Shown here piece after piece: positions 1-13,639 of a stretch of 64,000 bases of DNA; the first letter of the stretch is position 1; each line of letters starts with the position of its first letter. The DNA comes from Vicugna vicugna (lineage: Eukaryota), in contig MU058423.1 in assembly GCA_013265495.1 (NCBI GenBank), positions 8,231,627 to 8,295,626 on the forward strand, written 5' to 3'. The notes below the pieces were generated by a model. The model did no database searches, was not told the origin of the DNA, and saw only the letters and a program-made list of their open reading frames with translations. The translations under genes were made by a program, and so were the position numbers.

Positions 1-789
1 TGAAAGAAGTCACTCCACTAATTGTATGGCGAGTAACAGACAATCCTGCACAGAGATGACGTCGCCCACAGCCCCACACAAAGCACTGCACTTAGCAGCA
101 TAATCCCATCTGGGACACGTTACCGGGAGGCGAGTACGTAACGAGGAGAAGTTATAGCGTTTCCCACTTTGATGAATGAATCAAATCGACTTTCTGAAGT
201 CCTCTGGGAACATGCATAAAAACCTGGGAAAAGGAACATCCTTCTCTGAGCAACTAAGACCAACTCTCAGGTATTTCCTGGGAATTCCTAGCCAGTGAGG
301 CCACTCGCTGACCCAACCGTGCATGTCATGCCATTAACCCCAAGCTGGACACTCATTTCCAGGAAGTCTGTCGCACTTGAATCATCATGGCTATAATAAG
401 CATAAGAGAAAAGGGCAGAAGGCTTTCTCCTGGAAGAAGCCTTTTGTCTCGTTCCAGAGAATTGTTTGCTGAGCGTCAAGCTAGAGTAATACATCCAGTT
501 TTCATGATTCTTCATGAAAGAGATTAATGATTCGTTACTGAATGCACCAGAAAAAATAGAACCTCACCAGTACTCCTGTGGCAATTGATAAAACTGAACT
601 AGACTCCCGGGTCGATCACTTACTGCATGTACATCTATGGGAAAGTTGTTAAGCCCCTCAAAGACTTCATTTTCTCACCTGTAAAATAAAGGTAATGCCA
701 ACTGCCTTAAAGGTGGTTGCGAGGATTGAGTGGATGTCATCACAGCAGGGGAATTAAGAGCTGCTCTTTGCCACCAGCCCCGTTCTATT

Positions 790-970
790 CACAATGGCTC
801 TTTACCAGCTGTGTGCCTTTGGACAAGTTACTTACTCTCTCTGAGCCTCAGTTTCTTCACAATAATAACAGCTCCTTATGGTGTTGTTACGAGGATGAAA
901 AGAGTTAACACAGGTAAAAGGCTGAGAGCAGTGCCTGGCACATGGTAACCACTCACAATTGTGACGATTG
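790..970 (+). mobile_element. MIR SINE
   Basis: Core agctgtgtgcctttggacaagttacttactctctctgagcctcagtttc and 3' end cagtgcctggcacatggtaacc. Confidence 0.85.
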
Positions 971-2369
971 TTACTGTAGGCAAAGCACTGCACATTCTAG
1001 ACACTCAACACACAGGACTTCTCTCTCTCCTCCGTTCTCTTGGCAAACTCCGAGGGAAACATTAGGTGCCATTACTCAGTACCTGTTTTCCAGTTCCTCT
1101 GCGTAAATCGGGATTACACAGAGGACTGTCCCCTTATCTCCATGCACACAGACCTCTTTGCCTCATTTCCCACTGGAAATATTCCAGACGTGACTGACCC
1201 CAAGTCCAACAAAAGTGACCTCTAAAGCCCTCCCGACAAAAAAATATGCCATCCCTCCAACCACCTGGCCTTAGCCAAAACATACACCCCTCAACTCACC
1301 AGCCCACCCAGGTGCTTCAGATACCCAGGATTCCATGACCCAGCAAATATTTGCAGAACACCTGCCATATAAAAACGTTAAGAAGGACACAAGGAGGGAG
1401 CAGTCATGAATTCTGCCTCAGGAACCTGACGACTAGTAGGGGAGAGGAGGAACAGAAGGCACAGGGTGATGGCCCCCATGAGAGAGGAACAGAGGGGATC
1501 AGGAAAGGCTTCCAGGAGGAGGTGACACTGGGACATCATCTTAATCACTGTGTAGCATCCATGTGAATGGGGAATTCCAAATGGAAGGAAGTATGGGAGC
1601 AAAGGTTTAGCCGCCAGAAAACATGGGACGCCCACTAGGAAGGGTACATCGTCTTCTCGGGCAGGAGCCTAGGATAAATAAAAAGCAAGAGCAGGAGACT
1701 GAAATGTTTAATTTTTAGAGCAGAACTGAGAAAGCGTCAGCGTATCTATAAAGTGGGGAGCCAGTGAAGGTTTTGAAAGGCAAGGAAGTGATGGGACTCA
1801 AGCTGGTTCTTGGATGGCAAATCTAACAGCACTGAGGAAGGTGAATTTGAGAGGGGAAGCAGGAGTTAGGAGATTATTACACAAGTTTAGGTCGGCTGTC
1901 GGTGAGGGTGGGATGGGAGAATGATAAAGATACCGGATGTGGTGGCCACAGATCTTGACCAGAGATTGGATTTGGAGGTGAAAAGAGGAAGAAACTGAGC
2001 ATGAGCCTCAGGTCTTGAACACAGCTGCCCAGTGACACATGGGAGCCAGGCCCTCCAGAATAGCAGGGAAAAGGAAAATTCTGGCTCTGGCCAGGAATAA
2101 TGACTTGGGTTCATCCCGGTGAAAGTTAGTCCTGCCCTTTCCACATCCTTCTGTGAAACTGCAAATAGAGGGAGTTACTCTCTCAGCTCTTTCTATACAT
2201 ACAGCAGGAGCGCTCTGTGAAAATCATAAGGCTCTGGGATCCTTGAGTGGAGAGGAAAGAATGACAGAAGCAGAGACAGAGACGGGAACAAACCTCCCTT
2301 GGGTTCGTCTGACAAGCTTGTTTCTTGCTCACGAGGAGGAAAGGAAGGATGGCAGGAGGAACTTTCCCC

Positions 2370-2498
2370 ACTACAATGTAAGCTCCATGAGGACAGGGAA
2401 TTTTTTTTTCCATTTTGTTTAGGGATGTAGCTCTATTGCCTAGCACAGTCCCTGGCAATAGTGGGAACTCAGTAATGTTTGTTGAATGATTGAATGAT
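2370..2498 (+). mobile_element. LINE-2 3' end
   Basis: gtaagctccatgaggacaggg...cctagcacagtccctggca...gtttgttgaatgattgaatga. Confidence 0.8.
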
Positions 2499-2747
2499 CT
2501 CTGTTTCTAGGCACATGAAGCAATAAAGACTAGGTCTCTCGTATCTCACTCAGGTTCCCCCTCCCAACCTCAGTCATCTACTCTGTCCATCTTTTAATTT
2601 TTTTCATCTTTGTCCAAGAACACCTGGAAATAATTCTCAACAAAGCCCTGCTTTAGAGTCTCACTCTTACAAAGCTCTTGAGAACTGACCATCACAGGTT
2701 GTGTAACCAAGGAAATGGTAGCTTTTCAATGAGCAGGAACTGGGTAT

Positions 2748-3565
2748 TTATTTATTTATTTTGCTATTATTTCTTTTTATTTTATTTTATCGAGTTATAG
2801 TCAGTTTACAATGTTGTGTCAAATTCCAGTGTAGAGCACAATTTTTCAGTTATACATGAACATACATATATTCATTATCACATTCTTTTTCACCATGAGC
2901 TGAGCATGAGCTACCACAAGATCTTGCATACATTTCCTTGTGCTACACAGTATAATCTTGTTTATCTATTCTATATGTACCTGTCAGTATCTACAAATTT
3001 CGAACTCCCAGTCTGTCCCTTCCCACCTCCCTCCCCACTGGCAACCACAAGTTTGTATTCTATGTCTATGAGTCTGTTTCTGTTTTGTATTTATGTTCAT
3101 TTGTCTTTCTCTTTCTTTTATTTATTTATTTATTTTTTTAGATTCCACATATGAGCGATCTCATATGGTATTTTTCTTTCTCTTTCTGGCTTACTTCACT
3201 TAGAATGACATTCTCCAGGGACATCCATGTTGCTGCAAATGGCATTCTGTTGCCATTTTTATGGCTGGCTAGTATTCCATTGTATAAATATACTGCATCT
3301 TCTTTATCCAGTCACCTGTTGATGGACATTTAGGCTGTTTCCATGTCTTGACTGTAAATAGTGCTGCTATGAACATTGGGGTGCAGGTGTCTTTTTGAAG
3401 TAGGGTTTCTTCTGGATATACGCCCAGGAGTGAGATGACTGGGTCATACGGTAAGTCTGTTCCTAGTCTTTTGAGGAATCTCCATGCTGTTCCCCACAGT
3501 GGCTGCACCAACCTGCACTCCCACCAGCAGTGCAGGAGGGTTCGCTTTTCTCCACAGCCTTCCCC
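2748..3565 (-). mobile_element. 5'-truncated lineage-specific LINE-1 (ORF2 C-terminus plus 3'UTR)
   Basis: Translation [15 protein letters not shown]...[14 protein letters not shown]...CTPMFIAALFT...WKQPKCPS is the L1 ORF2 C-terminus. A-rich tail on the minus strand. TSD GAACTGGGTAT at 2737-2747 and 3566-3576. Confidence 0.95.
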
Positions 3566-5699
3566 GAACTGGGTATGTATGATGTCAGGCAAGCACGTCC
3601 CTTGCTGCAGAGGAGGCCGGATTTGGAAGCATGCAAGTGTTTGACTTCTTTTCTTGATTCTGTTTTCTATTTGTGGACTCATTGCATTACTTTGATCCTT
3701 TCCCTTTGAGAATGTGACTGGGTAGCGATTTGGAGACGGGAGTAACATCCAGAACACGATGTGAGTCTCTTCTGATGCTATGTGAGGTCACCTGACAACC
3801 AGTTTGGGGAAATATGAGGAGGGGGCTCCTCTATAGACTCTCAAAAAACCTCGCAAGATCCAGGAGTCGGTCTGAGAGACAGTAAAGGCGCATCAAGGTA
3901 AAATGTTTTTAAGTGGATAAGGACTGGGAATTAAGAGGATGTTATTCAAAAGAGTAGCTTATGAGTCAGGTTGGTCTTGACATCAGAAGTTTTAACCTCA
4001 GGCCCACCCATCCGGACTCATTATAGTCAAATTGTATCTTATCTTCCTTTTCTGTTTCCTGAGACTTAATCGTGGTTTCCTCAGTGAATGGTGTCGGCTG
4101 CCTAACACTTCACAAGATAAAAGAATGTTTTCTTTTCTGGGAGCTGCTACTCAGAGGGCTCAAGCTGGTTTCCAAACCTGCAACTTTAAACGATGTGGTG
4201 CTTGACACAAGCAACTTACCCGCTTCTTTTCACGTTGTTCTCTGGGGTCCTTATCATGTGCCTACGGCATGTGCAGCGCAGCGGGAATACGAGAACAGAG
4301 ATGGGTAAGACTTGGTCTCTGTCCCGAAGAAAACCACGACTCCTGTGTAGAGAAAGACGCACAAGGCAGCTCTCCTAGAACAAGCCGTGACAAGGGCTGG
4401 CACGGATTCCCTGAAGGGTTCTGGGCAGTAGGTTTCGTGATATCCAGGCGAAGCCTTTTTCTGGGTGTGTTCTACCCTATCTCTGTCGTGACTAACTTCA
4501 TCCCTTCCAAGGAGGTGTGGGAGAGAAGGTAAATGATTTGCTCATTTTGCAGAGATTCACTGTTGACCCAATTCTGAGGAATTCTACAAGGCACTGACTT
4601 CCAGTTAAACCCTAGAGGACGACTCGTGGTTAGAAGCAGTCAGAGGTGGAGCTGAAAGTGGGGAACACAATCGAGTTCAAGGGGAAAAGAAAAAGTCACC
4701 TGGCTGAGGAAACCAGGAAGGAAAGAGGAAGATGGCAGTGAGGAAGGAAGGTGGGAGACATGTGGTGTCCAGGAGAAGGAGAGACAAGCGAATCTAATTC
4801 AGAGACATGAGAACACCAGGGCACAGCAAGACGCTAGTGACCCGGCCACGTCTGGCTCCTCCCCAGGACCTAGGTCAGTGCCTCACGTACGGTATTGAGT
4901 GAAATGTTTGCGGATGGAGGTACTAAGAAACAGTCAAGTGTATTTCTTTATAATCCTTATACTTGTGAATCATTCTTGTCCTCTTTAAACTCTCTCTACC
5001 ATCTCTGTGTATTTTCCCACATCGTCTTAACATACACTAGGTTACCATATCATCAAGCATCACTGAGGCAATTTCCCATTGCAAATAACCTACAATGTTC
5101 CATTTTAATATTGTAAATATGCAAAGGAAGGCAAGAAAGTGTTGTAGCACTACACGGCAAGACCCCATGAGGAACCCAAAAGTAAATGTCAATAAAAGAT
5201 CCTTGCCGGTTTGCAATTCCGAACACCATCCCGGTCCCCTGTGCGTGCGTCTCCCCACCCTAAGCAGGCAGCTCTGCTTCTCTGGTTGACTCTTCAGGAA
5301 CAAGCTTCTCTCTCCCCCTCTGCTTCTTTCCCTCTGCTGCTACTGGTCTGTCTCTCCCTTCCTTCTACCTCGCATCGGATTCCCGCACTGAGAGAACACG
5401 AATGAACTGGTAGTTACCCAACGAGGGCTGCGCCCACTGGACAGAGTTCTTGCACCCGGGAACCTCAGGGGCTACTCTGCAGGATCCCAGGGGCCGCGGT
5501 GCCCACTGCCCCCGACTCTGTCCCTGAGGGCTGTGGAGGTGAGGGGAACTCCCTGAAGCTGCCTAAAGGCCTCAGAGTGTGGCAAGCACTTAGGAGTCTA
5601 TGGACTTTGATGAATTTACATGAATGTAGGCAAACAAGTACCACAGAGCTATATCTACAGTTATCAGAACATTGAAAGTATCATTTATCCAAATCTGAA

Positions 5700-6170
5700 G
5701 CTAACCGAGCAGGACCCTATGGGGCCTTCCCGGGACAGACCCCTCTTCCATATCCTCTGCTGTGGCTCCTCTCTGAAGTACCTGAGTAATAGTACATGGT
5801 GCACATTTCCTGAGTTTTTCCTGAGTTTTGGATGCTAAAACCACCAAAATCAAATGGAAGAAATTAACGACCTGATGATCATGAGCACATAACCCCTAGA
5901 CCTTCTGGTGCCTAAGGATTGATGACCACCAGCCAATCGGAGAATCGTGAGGACGCTGATCACACACCCAGAGACCCGCATCCCTCACCTGGCTTTTGAA
6001 GTTGCTCTGCTGAAACCATTTGGGGAGTTTGAGTTTTGGACCATGAGACACCTGTCCTCCCTGTAGGGACGCCTTGACAATAAACAGTGCACTTTCCTTC
6101 GCCACAACCTGGTGTTGGTAGATTGGTTTTACTGCTCATGCGTGGTGGACCCGAGTTTGGCTCGGTGACG
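5700..6170 (+). mobile_element. ERV1-type solo LTR inserted into an L2
   Basis: Subterminal inverted repeat ACCGAGC (5704-5710)/GCTCGGT (6160-6166), AATAAA at 6079-6084, and 4-bp TSD TGAA at 5696-5699 and 6171-6174. Removing it rejoins L2-like ...tccaaatctgaa|ctcctga.... Confidence 0.8.
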
Positions 6171-6174
6171 TGAA

Positions 6175-7100
6175 CTCCTGAAGTTCCAACCCACCACCTA
6201 CGCCCAGGAAACCTGCCCTCCCCACAGACTTCTTCATCTCAGTTGACGACAACTCCATCCTTCCAGTTGCTCAGTCTATAAAACTGAACTCATCCTTGAT
6301 TTTTCTCTCTCTCTCTCACATCCCTCTTCTGACCTAACTGGAAATCTCTTGATTCCCTTTTTAAATTACCTCCCAAAACTTAGAGTGTCTCCTGATCTCC
6401 ATCATTATCACCATGGTCCAAATCGCCATCACCTCCCGCCTGGACTCAGTGCAGTTGCTCCTCACTGGTCCTCATGTACCCACCTTGCTCACACTCTGAC
6501 TCACCTCACCGCCAGTCTGTTCTCAATGTCGCAGCCAGAGTATTCCTTCTAAACATTGGTCAGATCACATGACCTGTCTGTTCAGAACTCTCCAATAAGT
6601 TCTCACGTCTCCAAACTGAAGTCCCTACAACGATCTGCAAGCCTGATGTGATTCCACCCACAGACCTCCTGTCCACCCCTCACTCTTGTGAACTCTGTGC
6701 CAGCCACCCTGGCCTCTTTGGTGTTTCTGGAATACACCAAACACGCCCCCCCTTCCAGCCTTTGCACGGGCCTTTCCTTAATCTGGCACAGCCTTTCCCC
6801 AGAAGTGCACAAGGCTAACTCCATCAGCTCCTCCAAGTCTGTGCTCTGATGTCGTCTTCTCATGCTAGCAAATCGCCCCACTTAACTCCCCCTGGCATTC
6901 CCAGTCCCCACACCCGCCCTGTGTGGTGTTATAGAACCTACCGTACAATGCACTTATTTGTTATGTTTTGGGTGGGGGGGCTTTTGCTTGTTTGATTTTT
7001 CTTTTTGGTCTTTCTCCCACCGGTGCAATGAAATCGCCGTGAAGAAACCCCAGACCAGTCTCTGCAACGTACAGGTGCCCAGTGAATACCTGTTGGCCAA
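6175..7100 (+). mobile_element. LINE-2 3' region
   Basis: Typical L2 motifs (catctcagttgacgacaactccatccttccagttgctcag; cagatcacatgacc; gcctttgcac) ending in a degenerate L2 3' terminus. Confidence 0.8.
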
Positions 7101-9994
7101 CACCTGACTCAGAGGACAACTGGAGCAGTATCCTGAGCTGACGATTTAGAAGAGACCAAGTATTGTGAAAATTCAACTCCAGTTTGGGGTTTGGGGTGAT
7201 GGGTTGAAAAACAGTGTGATTTGCAAAGTACATACTCTTTTTTTCCCTACTGTCTATATTCTGGTCACCAGTCTGTGCTGATAGTGATTTATACACAGAT
7301 ACTGATGTGTTAGTTCCTGTAAATAAGTTCTCAAGCCAGTAAGTTCATCCACAAGCTTATAAGCAGATCACTATAGTCTGGGGAAGGTGAGAAGGTATGG
7401 TTCTCATCCTCAAGGAATTTACACGTAGCATGCATGAATTATGCCACTATACTCAGGTGCAAGAAATGTCACAGTGCTGGTTTTTTTTTTTTTTCTGTCT
7501 CTAAATCAAACTAAATCTGTGCCACTCCTTCTGAATCAAACTGAGGCTGGGATCTTCTGTGGACCCCAAGGCCACCACTCAGTGTTTGACCACACTGGTT
7601 TCCACATGTCCCCATCAGTGGTCCTACTAACTCCTGGGGTACTGTGATGGACTGTGACACCGGTCCGTGACACTCAGAATTTTCCACCACCAACTACCCT
7701 GCCTAAATTTGGAGGATGCTCATCTTCCAGGGGGTCACCTCCTTTTTAAACAGTGTCAACCTCTAGTCCCTTCCTCTCGATGATCCTGAGCTGTAAAGCT
7801 TCGTTATGTCAGCATGACAGGCAGGATGGGGGTGGGGAGCTCCGTGGGACACAAGGAATCAGATCTTAATTCATCTCTTTGCCTGATGTAATCAATCTGA
7901 TAAGGCAAAATAGCTTCAGAATGACTACAACAAAAGGAATTGTAAAATAAAGCTCCTAAATTGAATGTATAAATTCTCAGACGATGTGAAATTAAGAATT
8001 GATCCAAATAGGCTAGAATGTATCAGTGTTCCAGGAAGACGTGGACTTTGAATCAATGCGGGAACAGATGGAGAGAGACTGAAATTTTCCAATAAGAGAA
8101 GGACAAAATTCTTTTTGGTGTACAAGTGGGGGAGGCAGGGGGGCACCAAGTCAGGAAAGAGTGAGTCACTACTGGGGAGAAGAGATAGAGGGTCCCGATG
8201 TGGGACACCACAGCCCTCGGGGGCACTCTTCACCGTGGCAGAACAAGTCTACGGTGTGGCAGACACGGCTGGAAACCCGAGCACACCCAGCATGACTCAA
8301 GACCAATTTAGATGCTGGGAAAAGAAGCAGGGGAATGAAAACGTGCCCATGAGAGATGGCCCACAAAAAAAAGAAAAGACCAAATACCACAATAAAAAAA
8401 TCCCAAGTGTGCCACGGGGGACTCCATGCCGAAGCGCAGCATTTCAACCATGTTGCATTTCCCAGAGCTACTTCAGTCACTGGGCTCATCGAATCCAATT
8501 CCTCCTTTCGGTGGCCACTGAAGCCACAGAGACACACTGATGTAAAGACCCTCTCAGTCATCTGTCCTTGTCTCTGAAACACTTCTCTCTACCTCAGGAA
8601 CTCAAGCCCTGAAAATGACAGACAGTGTTACTGTCACGGAGGGCACACGCCTAGAATACAGAAGGGCTTTCAACAACCGGAAAGGAATCCCGTCCACTTC
8701 GAGGCAGTTTCAACCTAGTTTCACCATTGCTCCGAAGTAGTAGCATATGCTTAGTTCCAGCTGCTGGTCCTCAGCCACGCATCTTCTAATTATTTCTAAA
8801 ATTTGTTGAATCTTTATCCTTTGAGGTGGACGATTATGCGAAATAGCCGAGAGTCCTTTGGTTCTAGCTCTGGTGACTCAGGTGTGTGGTCACCCTGGGT
8901 ACGATGCCACTTGTGTAACAGTAAAGCAGGTAGATTGATTTTCTCTTGTGGTTCCTTGTTGAGACTGTTTATAGAGAACCGCTGCTCCTCCCTCTCTTGG
9001 CGCCGCAGGGGGAATGGTTGGTTTCCCTGGTCCCTGCTGTCAGGAAACTTGCATTTTAAGGCAGCGCCTACTCATGTGAGCACATTTAACACCTGCAAAC
9101 GTGAAATGCCACGATGTGTGAGAAGACAGCAGGCCTTTAGTTCAGTTTGCAGAACAGGGAAGGTCTTCGGAGGAAAAGCAGCATGTTAGCTGGCATCTGG
9201 GGGAGAAATAGAATCAACAAAGCAAAGCCAAGAATGGAATGGAAAGAACATTCCAGACTGAGTAAGAATAACAAAATCACAGAGATGCGGAAGGGCAGGG
9301 TGAGTTCAAGAAAGAGCGAACAGTTGTTCTGTGGTTGGAGCAACAGACACTTGGGAGGTGGCGGTGGAAGATGAAACCAGATGATGGAGGAACATAACTG
9401 TCAGACTCGAGACTGCAGCAGGTCCAGAAGGGCGCTTCCCGTCACACTGTGAACAAGTCAGCTGTGTTAGAATAAATGGGTAGCTTTCCAAGACGAGTAT
9501 TTTGAAGGACAACACTCTCTGGAATGCTTACGTGCCAGGACCGCAGAAACACATTATTTGATAATCCCATCTGATATGTCATATCTCAGTAGAGGAAACT
9601 CAAGCCCCAATTAGGTAAGAAACCAGGCTTCAGAGCACAAAGTGAGTCACCGGCAGGCCCACAGCGGAGGCGGGAGTCAGCCCTGCTGGGCAGTCATGCT
9701 GTCGTATGAGGTTACAGGGTATGAAGATAAACTCTTCCAGGAAGCCCTCTTGAGGAAACTCTATTTCTGCCTCAGGGGAATTTGAGAGGTCTCTCACAGA
9801 GTCAGAAGTCACGGGGTGGGGAGGGTGGCAGAGATGCAGACGGTGGACCACACTTGGCAAGAGCCCAGCCTAGTGAAGGGCTGAGATCCCGAAATGAAGA
9901 AAGCAGCCGGGCTGACTCTCCAGCACCAAGACAGGATGCAAGGGAACGCGGTGATCCGGAGGACTTGCCAAAACACAGACTGCTGATGTTGTCG

Positions 9995-10110
9995 AAAACA
10001 CCCCAGAGTTTCTGATTCAGGAGATCTGGGATGGGCTGAAGAATCTGACTTCCTGAGGACTTCCCAGGTACTGCTGATGCTTCTGCACTGATGGAAACCA
10101 CTGACCTAGA
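9995..10110. mobile_element. MER5A-like hAT-Charlie fragment
   Basis: cccagagtttctgattcaggagatctgggatgggc...ttcccaggtactgctgatgc...accactgacctag resembles the recalled MER5 consensus. Confidence 0.65.
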
Positions 10111-10409
10111 ACTTGGCCGGCCGGAGCGCTCAGGGAGAGTCTTCAGTAGCTGAATCTAAGAGGACTGGGAAGGACAGGGGTTGACAGTTTCCAGCCCGAA
10201 CTACCTGAAGGGCTTTTGTATGCTCCGGAGATGATAAGCATCAGAGGACCACCACCAGGACTGTGGCAGTGCAACAGAAAGAGGGGAGAAAGGGAAGAGC
10301 GGTTTAAAGGAAGGCGTTCAAGGAGGAATCTGGCCACGTGCCTAGAACAACCACCTGTTGCAGGAGGAAGGAACCGAATCACGGGCGCGTCACTGACAGT
10401 CCACAGCCC

Positions 10410-10590
10410 TGCTGTCACCTGGCTGCCTCTGGAATCATCTAGGGAGCATTTCAAAAACACCAGGCCCTGGGCCCCATGCCTGGAAAAGTAAATCAGAATC
10501 CCTACAGGTGGGGCCCTGCCGGTGGGAGCCAAAGAAAGCTCCCAGGTGATTCTCACATGCAATGACGGCTGAGAGCCAGTGGTCTGAGAA
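10410..10590. mobile_element. MER5-like hAT-Charlie element
   Basis: ctggctgc...gaatcatctagggagc...aaatcagaatc...aagctcccaggtgattctcacatgca...gagagccagtg. Confidence 0.65.
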
Positions 10591-11572
10591 TCTGATCCTG
10601 CTTAAAGGAAGAAAAAAGAAAAAGAAAAAAACCACTGAATAGAGGCTCTGTGGAATGAGGAGTTCATCGCCAGCTAACCTAACCTTAGCAAGATTTCTAA
10701 ACCGACTGGTCCTCGCTCGCCTGCTGGGTCCTCCTCAGTCCTGCGATTTCCTCTCACTTATTAACACTCCCGGTGTCTGAGCCACATCTGCTCTGCTCTC
10801 CCCGCACGTGGCTAAGGGGGGATCACCATCATAATTACAGCAGCCAGTCATCCTCAGAACCAAACACATTGAACCAGGCACTTTCCTGGAACTTTCTTTC
10901 TTCTTGTCTTTCAGGGGTCTGACAGCAAGACCAAGTTCAAATGCTTTTTTTTTGGTCTCCGCATAGCCACAAGTCTATGAATCATTCATTTTATAGCAAA
11001 TCAAAAACGTAGGTTTAAGAGTCCCGAAATGGCCTCGTGCAGAAGATTTATGGATAAGCTCGTCAACTATTTTATAGATAGACATTCTCAGTTTAGTGAA
11101 GTATAAGTGAAATTTTACATGAAACTCCAATACATAAAATAGGCAGGAGGCACTACAGAACAGCGTGAATGCTGTGATGCTGTGTGTTGGTAAGAGAAAG
11201 GAGGTGAGACCATGTGGCGGGTGGGGGTGGTCTGCAGAAGAGAGACAGGAGACGGTGACGTTGGTTTCCTCCAAGGATCAGTAGAAAGGAGAATTTTCAC
11301 TGCAGACTCTTTTGTACCTCTTGGGATTTTGAAAGATGTACGTGGATCACCAATTCAAAATCAACTTTTTAACAATTAAAAATTTTTCATAGTGGAGCTG
11401 TTCTGGTCAGAGGAGTCTGGACCACACCCTGCTCCCACTTCCCCTCGCTCTAAACCCTCACTCCCAGACGAAGACCCATTAGGACTTTTAATCACGTGAA
11501 GTTCCTCAGATGAGGCCCCCAAAATGGGATCCAGTTAGAGAACTGTTGAATCTTTTCAATCCTACATTTTTT

Positions 11573-12160
11573 TTAAACTTTTTTTTTATTGAGTTGTAGT
11601 CAGTTTACGATGCTGTGTCAAATTCCAGTGTAGAGCACAATTTTTCAGTTATACATGAACATGCATATATTCATTATCACATTTTTTTTTCACTGTGAGC
11701 TACCGCAAGATCTTGTATATATTTCCCTGTGCTATGCAGTATAATCTTGTTTATCTCTTCTACATGTGCCTGTCAGTATCTACAAATTTCAAACTCCCAA
11801 TCTGTCCCTTCCCACCCTCCTCCCCTTTGGCAACCACAAGTTTGTATTCTATGTCTATGAGTCTGTTTCTGTTTTATATTTATGTTTTTGTGTGTGTGTG
11901 TGTTTTTTTTTTAGATTCCACATATGAGCAATCTTATGTGGTATTTTTCTTTCTCTTTCTGGCTTACTTCACTTAGAATGACATTCTCCAGTAGCAACCA
12001 TGTTGCTGCAAATGGCGTTATGTTGTCGGTTTTTATGGCTGAGTAGTATTCCATTGTATAAATATACCACCTCTTCTTTATCCAGTCATCTGTTGATGGA
12101 CATTTAGGCTGTTTCCATGTCTTGGCTATTGTAAATAGTGCTGCTGTGAACATTGGGCAG
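11573..12160 (-). mobile_element. 5'-truncated LINE-1, same subfamily as 2748-3565
   Basis: Translation MFTAALFTIAKTWKQPKCPSTDDWIKKRWYIYTMEYYSAIK...ILSEVSQKEKEKYH. The 3'UTR closely resembles the copy at 2.8 kb. TSD TCCTACATTTTTT at 11560-11572 and 12161-12173. Confidence 0.95.
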
Positions 12161-13639
12161 TCCTACATTTTTTAGCCAGAATTAGTTCCTAGAGAGCACA
12201 AATGACTTGCTCAAAGTCACACCACTAACAAATAAACCTAATTCTCCTCACTCTTTCTTCAATGGTTTTTCTGCGCTTCTTCAAACAGAATCCCTTCGAC
12301 CCAGCAGATCAGACATTTGTTGAACTTCCACAGCTATTCCTAGGAGACACCACTAACACAGGCACACGTCATGGCAGAGGAAAGTAACGACCAAACACCA
12401 AACGAGCCCGAGCCTTGCTACCACAGCATTGATTACACGGCAGTAACGGCCCTCACCGTTACTGAAAGTTTACACTATTAACGACTACATGACATAAAGG
12501 ATTATGTCGTTTATTCGGACGTTTTTCAGCATGAGTCACAAGACAAACACTTGGAAGATGGAAGCACCATATATAGAAGGCGGCCCCGTTGCTTCTCCGT
12601 TGGTGCGGGCACAGCCCCGATGACCGCTAGGTGGCAGTAGCGTCCTAACAACAGGAAAGCAGCAGGCCTAGCGCTCTTAGAAAGGGGAAACCGAATTAAC
12701 ATCCCACAGCTGACCCACCTGGCTACACGCACAGCCTTGAGGCCCAGAGAGAACTATTAGTACAAATTCCAGATAATACCTCTATCTCTTGGTAAGTTCT
12801 GTCCTCCACTGTAACAGCCGAGAACGCTTTAGCTGGTGTCAAAAAGCAGGCTCAAACCAGCAGCCCTTGGGCAGGATCCGGTCAGCAGCAACGTGTTTGC
12901 CTAGGGCAGTGTTCGGTTTTGTTGTTTTACTTTAATTCAAAATGCCTTTAGGTGGAGCAGCCCCCCTCTGGTTTGCCAGCACATCCACCACTCTCTAATG
13001 TCTTATCCTAGGCTCCTCCGTACATTCGCCTCAGAAGGCAGCAGGCTGGGATTCTTGCTAAAATGCCCTCTGCAGTGACTTTATGACTGCGATCTAATTG
13101 GTCTGCCCAGCTGTCTTGGGCCTTCCCACCTCCATCTAACTGCTCTCAAGTCATTCTTCTATCTCCTCCATGGCATGTCCATTTTTTTTTGCAATCCTCC
13201 TCATTCTTAAAGGCCCAGATCAAATGGCCCCTCCTCCTTCCTCAACCATACAAGCTGAAGTGCACTTTTCCTCTTGCCTGGCTGACCATGGCACACAGAG
13301 CTTCTACCATTTAGTTTGGCCATATTTTCTGCTTCACTCTGTTAACTGTCTTCCATACGTCTCAGCTATTGGTAAGTTCTCTGAGGGAAGCACAGAGGTC
13401 TGCCACCTCTTCCTGTGTGTGTAATGGTATCTTGCAGTACCCTACCCAGCTTTTGATTTCTTCCAACTCAAAACCTATGCCAGCACCTCCTTAGTGGGGA
13501 CTAATAGGAGACAGGATGATTTAGAAAAAAAAAGTCTTTTATAGAATATCATTAAAGAAATATAATTTCTGGATGCACCTATATGAGAAATTAAAACTAA
13601 GCTAAAACATCATTGTCTCCTCCAGGAGCTAAGGGGCGA

